Positions 8,701 through 17,986 of a stretch of DNA of 64,000 bases are shown piece after piece. The translations under genes and the position numbers were made by a program. Source of the stretch: an uncultured delta proteobacterium (GTDB lineage: Bacteria > Desulfobacterota > Binatia > HRBIN30 > BPIQ01); assembly GCA_963761335.1 (NCBI GenBank), contig CAVXGR010000011.1, positions 559,527-623,526 on the forward strand, given 5' to 3'. The stretch's first letter is position 1. Each line of letters begins with the position of its first letter. The notes under the pieces are model-generated. The model saw nothing but the letters and a program-made list of their open reading frames with translations. It made no database searches and was not told the DNA's origin.

Positions 8701-11700
8701 TCAGGCCTGGGCTTCGACGACGCTGGCACCCGCCAACCGCCGTCCGAGGACGACGCGCACACGATGTGTGGCGCCGTCGTCGACGAGGACGACGCGCGCG
8801 CCGTCGTCCGGAAGTGCCACGCCGTCGAGCTCCGCGTACGCGACTCCACGGCCAATGCCGCCCGGGTTCTCGACGCCGATCTCGTAGCGCGCCGAGTGGT
8901 AGCGAAAGGCGATCTCGAAGCCGCGCCATGCCCTGGGCACACATGGGTCGATGTGGAGAACCGTACCCTGCAGGCGAAATCCGAGGATCCATTCGAGCCC
9001 GGCGCGATACATCCAGCCGGCAGACCCGGTGTACCAGGTCCAGCCGCCGCGTCCGACGTGCGGCGGCCGCGAATAGAGATCCGCCGAGACGACGTATGGC
9101 TCCACCTTGTAGCGATGGCTGGCAGCCCGGGTGTTGGCGTGATTGATCGGGTTCAGCAACGAGAACAGCTCGCCCGCTCTGTCACCATCGCCGAGCATCG
9201 CGAAGGCGATGACGGCCCAGGCGGCCGCATGAGTGTACTGGCCGCCGTTCTCGCGAATGCCGGGCGGGTATCCCTTGATGTAGCCGGGATCGAGCACGGT
9301 CTCGGAGAACGGCGGCGCGAACAGCAGGACCAGCCCGTCGCCGCGGCGCACCAGATGCTCATCTACCGACGCCATGGCGCGCACCGCGCGCCTCGCATCC
9401 GCGGCGGCAGAGATCACCGCCCACGACTGGGCGATCGAGTCGATGCGGCACTCGTCGTTCGAAGACGACCCGAGCACCGTTCCGTCATCGAAGTAGCCCC
9501 GCCGGTACCATTTGCCGTCCCACGCCTCTCGTTCGAGTGATTCCCGCAATGCGGCCGCATGCCGTCTCCAGGTCGAGGCGCGTACCGACTCGCCACGCGC
9601 CTTTGCCACAGGAGCGAAGGCCGAGAGCGCCGCGTGCAGAAACCACGCCAGCCAGACACTCTCGCCTCGGCCGAGCTCGCCGACGCGGTTCATGCCGTCG
9701 TTCCAATCCCCCGTCCCGATCAGCGGCAGACCGTGCCCGCCAACGGCAAGACTCCCGTCGAGGCCGCGCGCGCAGTGCTCGAACAGCGAGGCGCTCTCCT
9801 CGGTCAGCATCGGCTGGAAGTACGAATCGTGCTCGCCCGGGCGCAGGGCCGGCCCTTCGAGAAAAGGGACCATCTCATCGAGCACGGCGCGGTCGCCGGT
9901 GACCTGAACGTAGTAGGCAGCGGCGTATGCCAGCCATACCCGGTCGTCGGAGATGCGGGTGCGCACTCCCTGGCCCGATGGCGGCAGCCACCAGTGCTGC
10001 ACGTCGCCCTCGACGAACTGCCGCGATGCGGCGCGCAGGAGATGCTGGCGGGTCAGCTCCGGCTTCGATACCGCGAGTGCCATCACGTCCTGCAGCTGGT
10101 CGCGGAAGCCATAGGCGCCACTCGCCTGATAGAACGCCGACCGCGCGAAGACCCGACAGGCGAGGGTCTGATAGAGCAGCCAGCGATTGAGGAGGATGTC
10201 CATGGAGCGATCGGGAGTCTTCACCTCCACCACTCCGAGCACGTCATCCCAGTGCTCGGTCACGGCGCGGAGGATCTCGTCGAGGTCGGCGCCGCGATAG
10301 CGCCTGACCATGGACAGCGCCTCCGGGCGCGAGGCGGCGTCTCCCAGAAAGAAGACGATCTCGACGACGCCGTTGGGCTCGAGCGTGAGCGGAGCTTGGA
10401 GGGCGCCACAGGGATCGAACCCGGCCCCGGTGCGATTGGAGAGCGGGACGCGACCGGCCAGCGCCGCCGGTTGAGCCAGTGTTCCGTTGCGGCCGAGAAA
10501 CTCCGTCCGGTCGCCCGTCCAGGCGAGCTGTCTCCCTGCCAGATCGGCAAAGGCGACGCGGCCACCGAAGCCATTGCTCCAGGGGTTGCGCGCCAGCATC
10601 ACGCTGCTCTCCGCGTCGACCTCCGTGACCACGGACTGCGCCGAGACGTCGCGAGAGGTGCCGAGCACCCACTCCACATACGCGGTCACCGAGAGTCGGC
10701 GGGATTGGCGCGAGTCATTGCGAACCTTCAGCCGGGAGATCTTGATCGAATCGTCGACGGGTACGTACTGCAGCAGCTCGAGGCCGATGCCGTGCGCGGT
10801 GTGCTCGAAACGGCTGTACCCCTGTCCGTGCCGGACGAGATATGAGCCGCCCTGGTCGCGGGTGGGGAGCGCGGTTGGGCACCAGAGCACGCCGCTGTCT
10901 TCGTCGCGCACATAGATCGCCTCACCCGGTCGATCGCTCACGGGATCGTTCGACCACGGGGTCAGCTGATGCTCGCGACTGTTGGCCGACCAGGTGTACC
11001 CCCCGCCCTCGACCGACACCTGGAAGCCGAACGACGGGTTGGCAATGATGTTGATCCACGGCGCCGGTGTCCACTGCCCTTCACCGAGGACGGTCACATA
11101 CTCGCGGCCGCCGCCGGCAAAGCCGCCGATGCCGTTGAAGAACTCCATCGGCGGCGGAGCCGTCTCGGCCGCTTCCCCGGATTTTCCTCTGACGCCCTGC
11201 TTGAGGAGCAGCGGCCGAGACACGCGCGGCGCCGGCGGTGCGGGAGCCGCCCACAGAGCCGCCGGCTCTTCTTCCAGACGTTTGACCTGCTCCGACAGGC
11301 TGCCGCGGCGGCTGAGAAGCACCGCACGCGCCGCGGTTTGCAGGAGAGTGCGAACCTCCACTGATATCTGGTCGGCGCGCAACACGAAGACGTTGCCCCG
11401 TACCACCTCTCCCTCGCCAGCGGAACGCGACTGACTCGTCCGCACCAGCGCTTCCACGGCACCGTGCAGGTCCTGAGCATACGACGCCGGCCTTTCGTTG
11501 AGGATGACCAGGTCCACCGCCAACTGCTTCATCCGCCAGTACTGGTGCGCGCGCAGGAGCTGTCGCACGATCTCCAGATCCTGGGCTTCGTCGATGCGAA
11601 CCAGAACGATCGGCAGGTCGCCCGAGATCGCATGGACCCACAGGGTCGACGAGCTGCGCTCATTTCGTTTGAGGACGGCCGACGACGGACGAAGCGCCGG

Positions 11701-14700
11701 GTTACAGTAGATCACGTGGTTGGCAAGGCGCTGGAAGAGATAGGCCTCCTCCGGCGCGCAACCGAGGTGGCGGAGCTGAACCTGAGCCTGCGTCCACGCC
11801 AGAGTGAGCGCGCGGTCAAACGCCGTGGCATCGCGATGCTTGTCCGCCAGGTCGAGGGCTTCGCTGCGGGATGGCGCGATCAGCGTCCAGAAGGCCACGC
11901 GCGCCGTGGCGCCGGGTGGGATCCGCACGCGGCAGCGCAAGCTGAAGATCGGATCGAGCACGGTGCCCACGGTGTTGGAGAGAGGTTGGCCCTCCAGCAT
12001 CGAGATCGCCGTGCGAATCTCGCGCCCACGCCCGAGGAAGCGCGCCCGATCGGTCTCGAACTGGACGTCGCCGATCGTCTCGCCTTGCACCACGGCGAGG
12101 TGGGCCGCCCACACCTCGGCTTCGCCGGGGGAGCGGCGACGACGCGTCGCCAGCAATACGCCGATGTTGTCCACGAATTCCGTGTGCACAAAGAGCTTGG
12201 AGAACACCGGATGCGCGGCATCCGCTGCCGCCGGCGCCAGCACGACCTCCGCGTATGAGGTCAGCTCGATCTCGCGGGACCGGCTCCCGAGGTTGGATAC
12301 CGACACGTGACGCACCTCGGCATCCTCCTCGGCAGACACCGCCACCTTGAGCGTCGTCATGATCGTCCCGTCACGGCGCATGATCTCGGCCCGACCCTCG
12401 GCGAACTCCACCTCGTAGCTGTCCGGCTCGACGCCGCTCGGTTGGTACCCGGCGGACCAGACTTGGCCATTGCCGAGGTCGCGCAGGAAGACGTAGGCAC
12501 CCCAGCAATCGCAGGTCACGTCCTCCCGCCAACGGGTCACCGCGAGGTCTCGCCAGCGACTGTATCCCGAGCCGGCCGCGGTCAGCATGACGGCATAGCG
12601 ACCATTCGACAGAAGGTGCGTGCGGGGAACAAGACTGTGCGGAGAATGAAAGCGACGCAGCAGCGGTGGAACGATCTCGCGAACGTTGGCGGCCCCGTTC
12701 ACTTCCTCGGCTCGCGGGCGGGCAACCGCGACGTCGCGTGGAGTGCGCTCCTGCAGCAAGAGCTCGGTCGCCTGGACGATCGGCTCGGCGTGAAAGCGGG
12801 AGCGCATCTCCCCATCTCGAAGGGCGTTGGCGATCGCGATCACGGACATTCCTTGGTGATGTGCCATGTAGGCGCGCACCACGGCCACCGCCTCGCCTTC
12901 CGGTAGGCGCGTCGGCGTGTAATCGAGAGCCTCGTAGAACCCGTACCGGCCACAGCCGCCGGCGGCCGCCAAACGCGAGAAATTCTGCGCCGCCGCCCTC
13001 ACATCCACCATCGCCGCCAAGGCGGTCGCATAGGGGGCGATGACGGCGTCCTCGCTGAGCCCGCGTTTCAATCCCAGACCGGGCACTCCAAAGTTCGAGT
13101 ACTGATAGGTGAGCTGCAGATCGCGCACGTTGTAGGCCGATTCGGAGATACCCCAAGGCACACCGAGCTCGGCGCCGTAGCGGATCTGACGGCGGACGAC
13201 GAGACGGCTCGTCTGCTCCAACAGGCTCCCCGCCGGCGCGCGCATCACCAGCCCCGGCATCAGGTACTCGAACATGGAGCCCGACCAGGAGATCAACGCC
13301 GAGCCGCGGTCGATCGGCGTGAGGGGGCGCCCGAGCCGCGACCAGTGGCGCACCGGCACGTCTCCCTTGGCGATGGCCACGAAGCTCGCCAGTCGCGCCT
13401 CGGAGGCGAGCAGATCGTAGCAGCTGGGATCGAGACTGCCCTCCGCGGCCGACAGGCCAATCGACAGAAGCTGCCGCGCCGGGTCGTAGAGACGGCCGAA
13501 CTCCATGGCGTCAAACATCTCCGCGGCAAGCTCGCGCAGCGCCACCAGGCGTCGATGCAACGCCCGGGCGTTTCGCGCCGAGCGCCCGAGGGCTTCGACC
13601 GCCGCATCGATGCGGGCGCAGGCGCCGCCATCCGCATCGGCCGGTGCGGCGCTCGCGGCTCGGCGGCGCGCCAGAATCTGGGAGGCCGCATCGCAGCGGT
13701 CGGGCAGATCGACGAGCGACGGAAGCGGATCGAAGAGAGGCTCGAGTGGCTCCTCCGGGAGATCTCCCCCGAGGGCAGAGATCAGGGGCATCCAGGGCAG
13801 CAGCTGCTCGAGATCGCGCTCATGGCTTCGAATGCAATTTCGCACGGTCTCCGCCCAGCTCAGCACTTCGCCGCCGCTGCCGTCGCCGCGCTCCGCAGTG
13901 AGAGTTCCGGCGATGTCGACGAGGCTGTCGGCCTGGCGGCCGAGCTCCGCCAGCCGCCCGCCAAGCGACGCCGCGGTGGCGGGTGCCGGCTCCAGCAGGG
14001 CAGCGAGCGCCTCGACGGCCTCTTCCAGCTGCTTTCGCGTCACCGTTTGCGTTCGCCGGTCGTCCGCCAGCGCGCCCAGGGCTTCGCGGGTCAGCGCCAG
14101 CGCATCGTCGATCCCGGCGAGCGGCTGCGAACGGACGACGGGTCCCTCGCTGAATTCCCGGCAGGCGTTGCCGAGGGCGAGCAGATGTCCGGCGAGATTC
14201 CCGCTGTCCACGGAGGACACATATCGCGGCTCCAGCGCCCGCAGATCGCGCGTGTCGTACCAGTTGTAGAAGTGACCATGGAGCCGCTCCAGGCGACTCA
14301 TCGTCGCCATCGTCGCCTGCAGCCGCTCCACGGTGTCGACGATCCCGAGCCAGCCAAAATCGCGGGCGGCGACTGCCGACAGCAGATACAGCCCGAGGTT
14401 CGTGGGCGACGTCCGATAGGCCACCACCGGACTGGGGTCCTCCTGAAAGTTGTCGGGAGGGAGATGGTTGTCCTCGGCGACCACGAAGGTATCGAAGAAT
14501 CGCCACGTGCGGCGAGCGATCAGCCTCAGTGCCTGCACATCGGCAGCGGATCGCGGCGTGGGAGCCGCCAGAGGCGGCGGACGGCTGGCGACCTGCGCGA
14601 CGATTGGGGACAGCACCCACAGGAGCACGAATGGAGCGGCGATCGGCAGAGCGGCCGGCTCGAGGAAGGCGACGATGCCCCCCGCCGCCAAGGCCAGCAC

Positions 14701-17646
14701 CACACCGCCCGCCATTCGCTGATAGAATCCGCGGACGTCGAGCGGGAGGCTGAACTTTGCCTGAGCGGCGGTGACCCACTCCAACATGTGCCGCCGCGTC
14801 ACCAGGAGACGAACCATGGTTCGCGCGATGGCGTCACTCATCAACCATGCCTGATGGGCGAGCAGCGTGACGACGAAGCCGATCTGCCACAGCGCCAAGG
14901 CCAGGTCCTCGCCCATGGCGCGCAGATGGCTGCGTTTCGAGAACCCGAGCCGTCGCGGCACGATCCCCGCGAAGAACGGCAGGAGAGCGGGCAGCGCCAG
15001 CATACCGAGCACCGCCGCACTCCACACCGCGGCGGCCCGGGGCAGCAGAGTCCATCCCAGGAGCAACGCCAGCAGCGTGGCCGGCGCCGCCAGGGTGCGG
15101 CGCAGGTTGTCCATCAACTTCCAGCGCCCGACGAACGGAATCGCCCGCCACGCCGAATCGATATGCCCGCCGCGCCCGCGAGCGAATATCCAGGGAATCA
15201 GCTGCCAATCGCCACGCGCCCAACGATGCTGGCGAGCCGCGGCGACGTCGTAGCGCGATGGAAATTCCTCGACGACCTCGACGTCGGAGACGAGTGCGGC
15301 GCGTGCGAAGATTCCCTCCAGGAGATCGTGACTCAGCACCGCGCTCTCCGGAATCCGCCCCTCGAGCGCCGCCTCGAAGACGTCCACGTCATAGATCCCC
15401 TTGCCCGTGTAGGAGCCCTCTCCGAGGAGATCCTGGTACATGTCGGAGACGGCGAAGGCGTACGGATCCGTGCCCCCCGGCCCGGAGAACACGCGCTGGA
15501 ACAGCGAGCCCTCGCGCCCGCTCGGCAAGGTCGGCGTGACCCGCGGTTGCAGGATCGCGTGCCCCTCGATCACCCGGCGCCGGCGCCTATCGAGCAGCGG
15601 CCGGTTGAGGGGGTGCGCCATCTTCCCGACCAGCCGCCTCGCGGCTCCGCGCGGCAGACGCGTGTCGGCATCGAGGGTGATCACGTAGCGAACGCCCGGG
15701 GGCACGGCCGGCGCGCGACCGCCGACGGTCAGAAAGCTCGTCTCTGTGGCGCCGCGCAACAATCGGTTCAGCTCGTGCAGCTTGCCGCGCTTGCGCTCCC
15801 ATCCGATCCATTTCCCCTCTGTCTCGTTCCAGACGCGCCGCCGATGGAGCAATAGGAAGCGATCCCCATCCGGCCCGCGACCGTACTGCCGATTGAGGCG
15901 CGCGATGCCGGCCGCGGCGACCGCGAGAAGCTCCTCGTCGCCCGGAGCCTGCTCGGTGCTGGAATCCGTCCAGTCCGAGAGCAGGGCGAAGTAGAGATCG
16001 TCCTCCGGACCGGCGAGGTGATGCACCTCGAGATGCTCGATCTGTTCCTCGATCGCCGTCGCCGTCGTCAGCAGCGTCGGCACCGCGACCAGGGTACGCA
16101 AGGCGGACGGCACTCCGTCGCGCAGCGCCATGCCGGGCAGCACCTTGGGTCCGAACTGATTGGTGACGTGGCGGTTGACCAGCACCACGGCGGCATCCGA
16201 GGCAGGCACCAGAGCCGCAAGGGCAAGCAGGACGAGGGCGAACCCGGCGACCCCCAGATGGGCCAGGATGAGCAGGGGAAGCGCCAGGATGACGGCAGTG
16301 ACGGCAGCAACGGTTGCCAGGTAGCCGGGCATGGCGGCCGCAGCGTAGATGCGGGCCACCCAATCTCCGATCGGGACGCGAAAGCCGATCTGCCGCTCGA
16401 AGGCCCGGCGCCCTCTCGAGACGAGGAAATACCCCGGGTCCTGCTCGGGACGGACGGCGCCGCGGCCGCTTCGTCGGTCCTCACTCCCTGGCTCGGTCGC
16501 CAGCATCGCCCGTCGAGTCACCTCGAGCTCCGCCAGCCCCGAGCCGCGGGCCAGCTCTTCGATCGCGTGGCGATACTGATCCCGGGTCGGGAAGTCCATG
16601 GCGCTGAAATCGCTGCCGGCGCGCAGCGCCTCATCCACGAGGCTGACGCTTTCGAAGAGCTCGGCCCAATCGACGGCGGACATGAGGCGCATGCTCGTGA
16701 TCACATTGCGGACGGTGACGTTCATGGCGCCCTGCCGCTGATGTTCCTCGCGAACGATTTCGTCGGCGGTCGTCCCCTGGACCGCCAGGCGCTCGTCGAG
16801 CCAGCGCAATGCCGGCGTCACCGCCGGATCCTGATCGCGCAACCGCTGCACGAGCTGGACGGCAAAGGCGCGCCGGAGGGTCGTCCTCTCGAAGCGAGAG
16901 AGGACGGTCGCCGCCGCCTCGGCCTCACTGCGGCCGGCGGCCAGGAGCCGGTCGGCAAGGGCGTCGGCCTCCTGTCGCGCGGCGCGACTGCTCACGATGC
17001 GCTCGGCGGCGCGCCGAAGATTTTCGACCAATACGATGCGCAGCGTGATCGCCACCGCCCACAGCTCGCCGATGGTGAACGGCTGCACGCGCTGATAGGC
17101 GCGGACGAAGCGACAGAGAGTCTGCGGGTCGAACAGACTGTCGGTGTGCGCGACAAAGGCCCAGGCCAGCCCAAAGACGCGCGGATAGCCTTCGAGGGGT
17201 CCGTCCGCCAGCTTCGGCAGCTGGCGATAGAAGCCGCGCGGCAGGTCGTCGCGGATCTCGCGGATCTGCTCCTCGGCGATGTGGAAGTTGTCCACCAGCC
17301 ATTCGGCCGCCGGGGTGATGGCCCGCTCCTCGCGGATGGCGGCGCCGATGGCGCGATAGGCGGCGAGCAACACGCGGTAGTTGTCGCGGAGCCGAGACGC
17401 CAGCGGCCGGCCGCGGCCGGGCTTCGCCGTCACGCGCTGGGCCGCCGCCAGGCTCTCGGCATGCTGCTCGAGACGCTCGATGCTGAAGAGCTCCGAGCGG
17501 ATCGGCTCTTCGGGTTCGCGAAGGGGAGGCGCTGACAGACCGACGAGACCGCGGAGGGTTGAACGCTTCAACTGGTTCCTTTCCGCCGCTTGCTGACCCG
17601 CGATCGGTGAGTCGATCCGGAGAGTCCACGGTAGGCGCCGGAGCAA
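8701..17646 (-). CDS. ndvB: Cyclic beta-1,2-glucan synthase (Cgs/NdvB/ChvB; glycosyltransferase, cyclisation and GH94 phosphorylase domains)
   Basis: 2981 aa; EWLVDNF, GWERKRGK, ITLDAD, SHDLLEG, RQHRWARGDWQ, YDLLASEARL, GFRDQLQD, GDWNDG, RENGGQYTH. Start codon uncertain. Confidence 0.95.
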   Translation of the reverse strand: MLRRLPWTLRIDSPIAGQQAAERNQLKRSTLRGLVGLSAPPLREPEEPIRSELFSIERLEQHAESLAAAQRVTAKPGRGRPLASRLRDNYRVLLAAYRAIGAAIREERAITPAAEWLVDNFHIAEEQIREIRDDLPRGFYRQLPKLADGPLEGYPRVFGLAWAFVAHTDSLFDPQTLCRFVRAYQRVQPFTIGELWAVAITLRIVLVENLRRAAERIVSSRAARQEADALADRLLAAGRSEAEAAATVLSRFERTTLRRAFAVQLVQRLRDQDPAVTPALRWLDERLAVQGTTADEIVREEHQRQGAMNVTVRNVITSMRLMSAVDWAELFESVSLVDEALRAGSDFSAMDFPTRDQYRHAIEELARGSGLAELEVTRRAMLATEPGSEDRRSGRGAVRPEQDPGYFLVSRGRRAFERQIGFRVPIGDWVARIYAAAAMPGYLATVAAVTAVILALPLLILAHLGVAGFALVLLALAALVPASDAAVVLVNRHVTNQFGPKVLPGMALRDGVPSALRTLVAVPTLLTTATAIEEQIEHLEVHHLAGPEDDLYFALLSDWTDSSTEQAPGDEELLAVAAAGIARLNRQYGRGPDGDRFLLLHRRRVWNETEGKWIGWERKRGKLHELNRLLRGATETSFLTVGGRAPAVPPGVRYVITLDADTRLPRGAARRLVGKMAHPLNRPLLDRRRRRVIEGHAILQPRVTPTLPSGREGSLFQRVFSGPGGTDPYAFAVSDMYQDLLGEGSYTGKGIYDVDVFEAALEGRIPESAVLSHDLLEGIFARAALVSDVEVVEEFPSRYDVAAARQHRWARGDWQLIPWIFARGRGGHIDSAWRAIPFVGRWKLMDNLRRTLAAPATLLALLLGWTLLPRAAAVWSAAVLGMLALPALLPFFAGIVPRRLGFSKRSHLRAMGEDLALALWQIGFVVTLLAHQAWLMSDAIARTMVRLLVTRRHMLEWVTAAQAKFSLPLDVRGFYQRMAGGVVLALAAGGIVAFLEPAALPIAAPFVLLWVLSPIVAQVASRPPPLAAPTPRSAADVQALRLIARRTWRFFDTFVVAEDNHLPPDNFQEDPSPVVAYRTSPTNLGLYLLSAVAARDFGWLGIVDTVERLQATMATMSRLERLHGHFYNWYDTRDLRALEPRYVSSVDSGNLAGHLLALGNACREFSEGPVVRSQPLAGIDDALALTREALGALADDRRTQTVTRKQLEEAVEALAALLEPAPATAASLGGRLAELGRQADSLVDIAGTLTAERGDGSGGEVLSWAETVRNCIRSHERDLEQLLPWMPLISALGGDLPEEPLEPLFDPLPSLVDLPDRCDAASQILARRRAASAAPADADGGACARIDAAVEALGRSARNARALHRRLVALRELAAEMFDAMEFGRLYDPARQLLSIGLSAAEGSLDPSCYDLLASEARLASFVAIAKGDVPVRHWSRLGRPLTPIDRGSALISWSGSMFEYLMPGLVMRAPAGSLLEQTSRLVVRRQIRYGAELGVPWGISESAYNVRDLQLTYQYSNFGVPGLGLKRGLSEDAVIAPYATALAAMVDVRAAAQNFSRLAAAGGCGRYGFYEALDYTPTRLPEGEAVAVVRAYMAHHQGMSVIAIANALRDGEMRSRFHAEPIVQATELLLQERTPRDVAVARPRAEEVNGAANVREIVPPLLRRFHSPHSLVPRTHLLSNGRYAVMLTAAGSGYSRWRDLAVTRWREDVTCDCWGAYVFLRDLGNGQVWSAGYQPSGVEPDSYEVEFAEGRAEIMRRDGTIMTTLKVAVSAEEDAEVRHVSVSNLGSRSREIELTSYAEVVLAPAAADAAHPVFSKLFVHTEFVDNIGVLLATRRRRSPGEAEVWAAHLAVVQGETIGDVQFETDRARFLGRGREIRTAISMLEGQPLSNTVGTVLDPIFSLRCRVRIPPGATARVAFWTLIAPSRSEALDLADKHRDATAFDRALTLAWTQAQVQLRHLGCAPEEAYLFQRLANHVIYCNPALRPSSAVLKRNERSSSTLWVHAISGDLPIVLVRIDEAQDLEIVRQLLRAHQYWRMKQLAVDLVILNERPASYAQDLHGAVEALVRTSQSRSAGEGEVVRGNVFVLRADQISVEVRTLLQTAARAVLLSRRGSLSEQVKRLEEEPAALWAAPAPPAPRVSRPLLLKQGVRGKSGEAAETAPPPMEFFNGIGGFAGGGREYVTVLGEGQWTPAPWINIIANPSFGFQVSVEGGGYTWSANSREHQLTPWSNDPVSDRPGEAIYVRDEDSGVLWCPTALPTRDQGGSYLVRHGQGYSRFEHTAHGIGLELLQYVPVDDSIKISRLKVRNDSRQSRRLSVTAYVEWVLGTSRDVSAQSVVTEVDAESSVMLARNPWSNGFGGRVAFADLAGRQLAWTGDRTEFLGRNGTLAQPAALAGRVPLSNRTGAGFDPCGALQAPLTLEPNGVVEIVFFLGDAASRPEALSMVRRYRGADLDEILRAVTEHWDDVLGVVEVKTPDRSMDILLNRWLLYQTLACRVFARSAFYQASGAYGFRDQLQDVMALAVSKPELTRQHLLRAASRQFVEGDVQHWWLPPSGQGVRTRISDDRVWLAYAAAYYVQVTGDRAVLDEMVPFLEGPALRPGEHDSYFQPMLTEESASLFEHCARGLDGSLAVGGHGLPLIGTGDWNDGMNRVGELGRGESVWLAWFLHAALSAFAPVAKARGESVRASTWRRHAAALRESLEREAWDGKWYRRGYFDDGTVLGSSSNDECRIDSIAQSWAVISAAADARRAVRAMASVDEHLVRRGDGLVLLFAPPFSETVLDPGYIKGYPPGIRENGGQYTHAAAWAVIAFAMLGDGDRAGELFSLLNPINHANTRAASHRYKVEPYVVSADLYSRPPHVGRGGWTWYTGSAGWMYRAGLEWILGFRLQGTVLHIDPCVPRAWRGFEIAFRYHSARYEIGVENPGGIGRGVAYAELDGVALPDDGARVVLVDDGATHRVRVVLGRRLAGASVVEAQA

Positions 17647-17986
17647 ACTCTTTGAGCTGGTTTTTTACACTATTTCCGGGCGAATTGATACCCAGCCGCG
17701 TTTTGGGGCACTGTCCTAACCAACTTGCCGATCCGACCTCCCTGCTGTGCTTGCCCATCTCGCGGAAGGGTCTCCTCTCCCCGCATTCCTTTCGCGGGGA
17801 GAGGACCAAGGTGAGGGGCTCCTTCCTGGTCATAATTTGATAGAGTCATTTGCAGCTCGGCTCTGAGACATCGGGTTCTTTTCGTAGCGCGTGGCCGATC
17901 TGATTGGGCTGAATCCAAGACGGAAAACAAATGACGGGCGCTTCGAAGACGGGCTCCGCAATGCGTCGAAAGAGAACGGCCACCGC

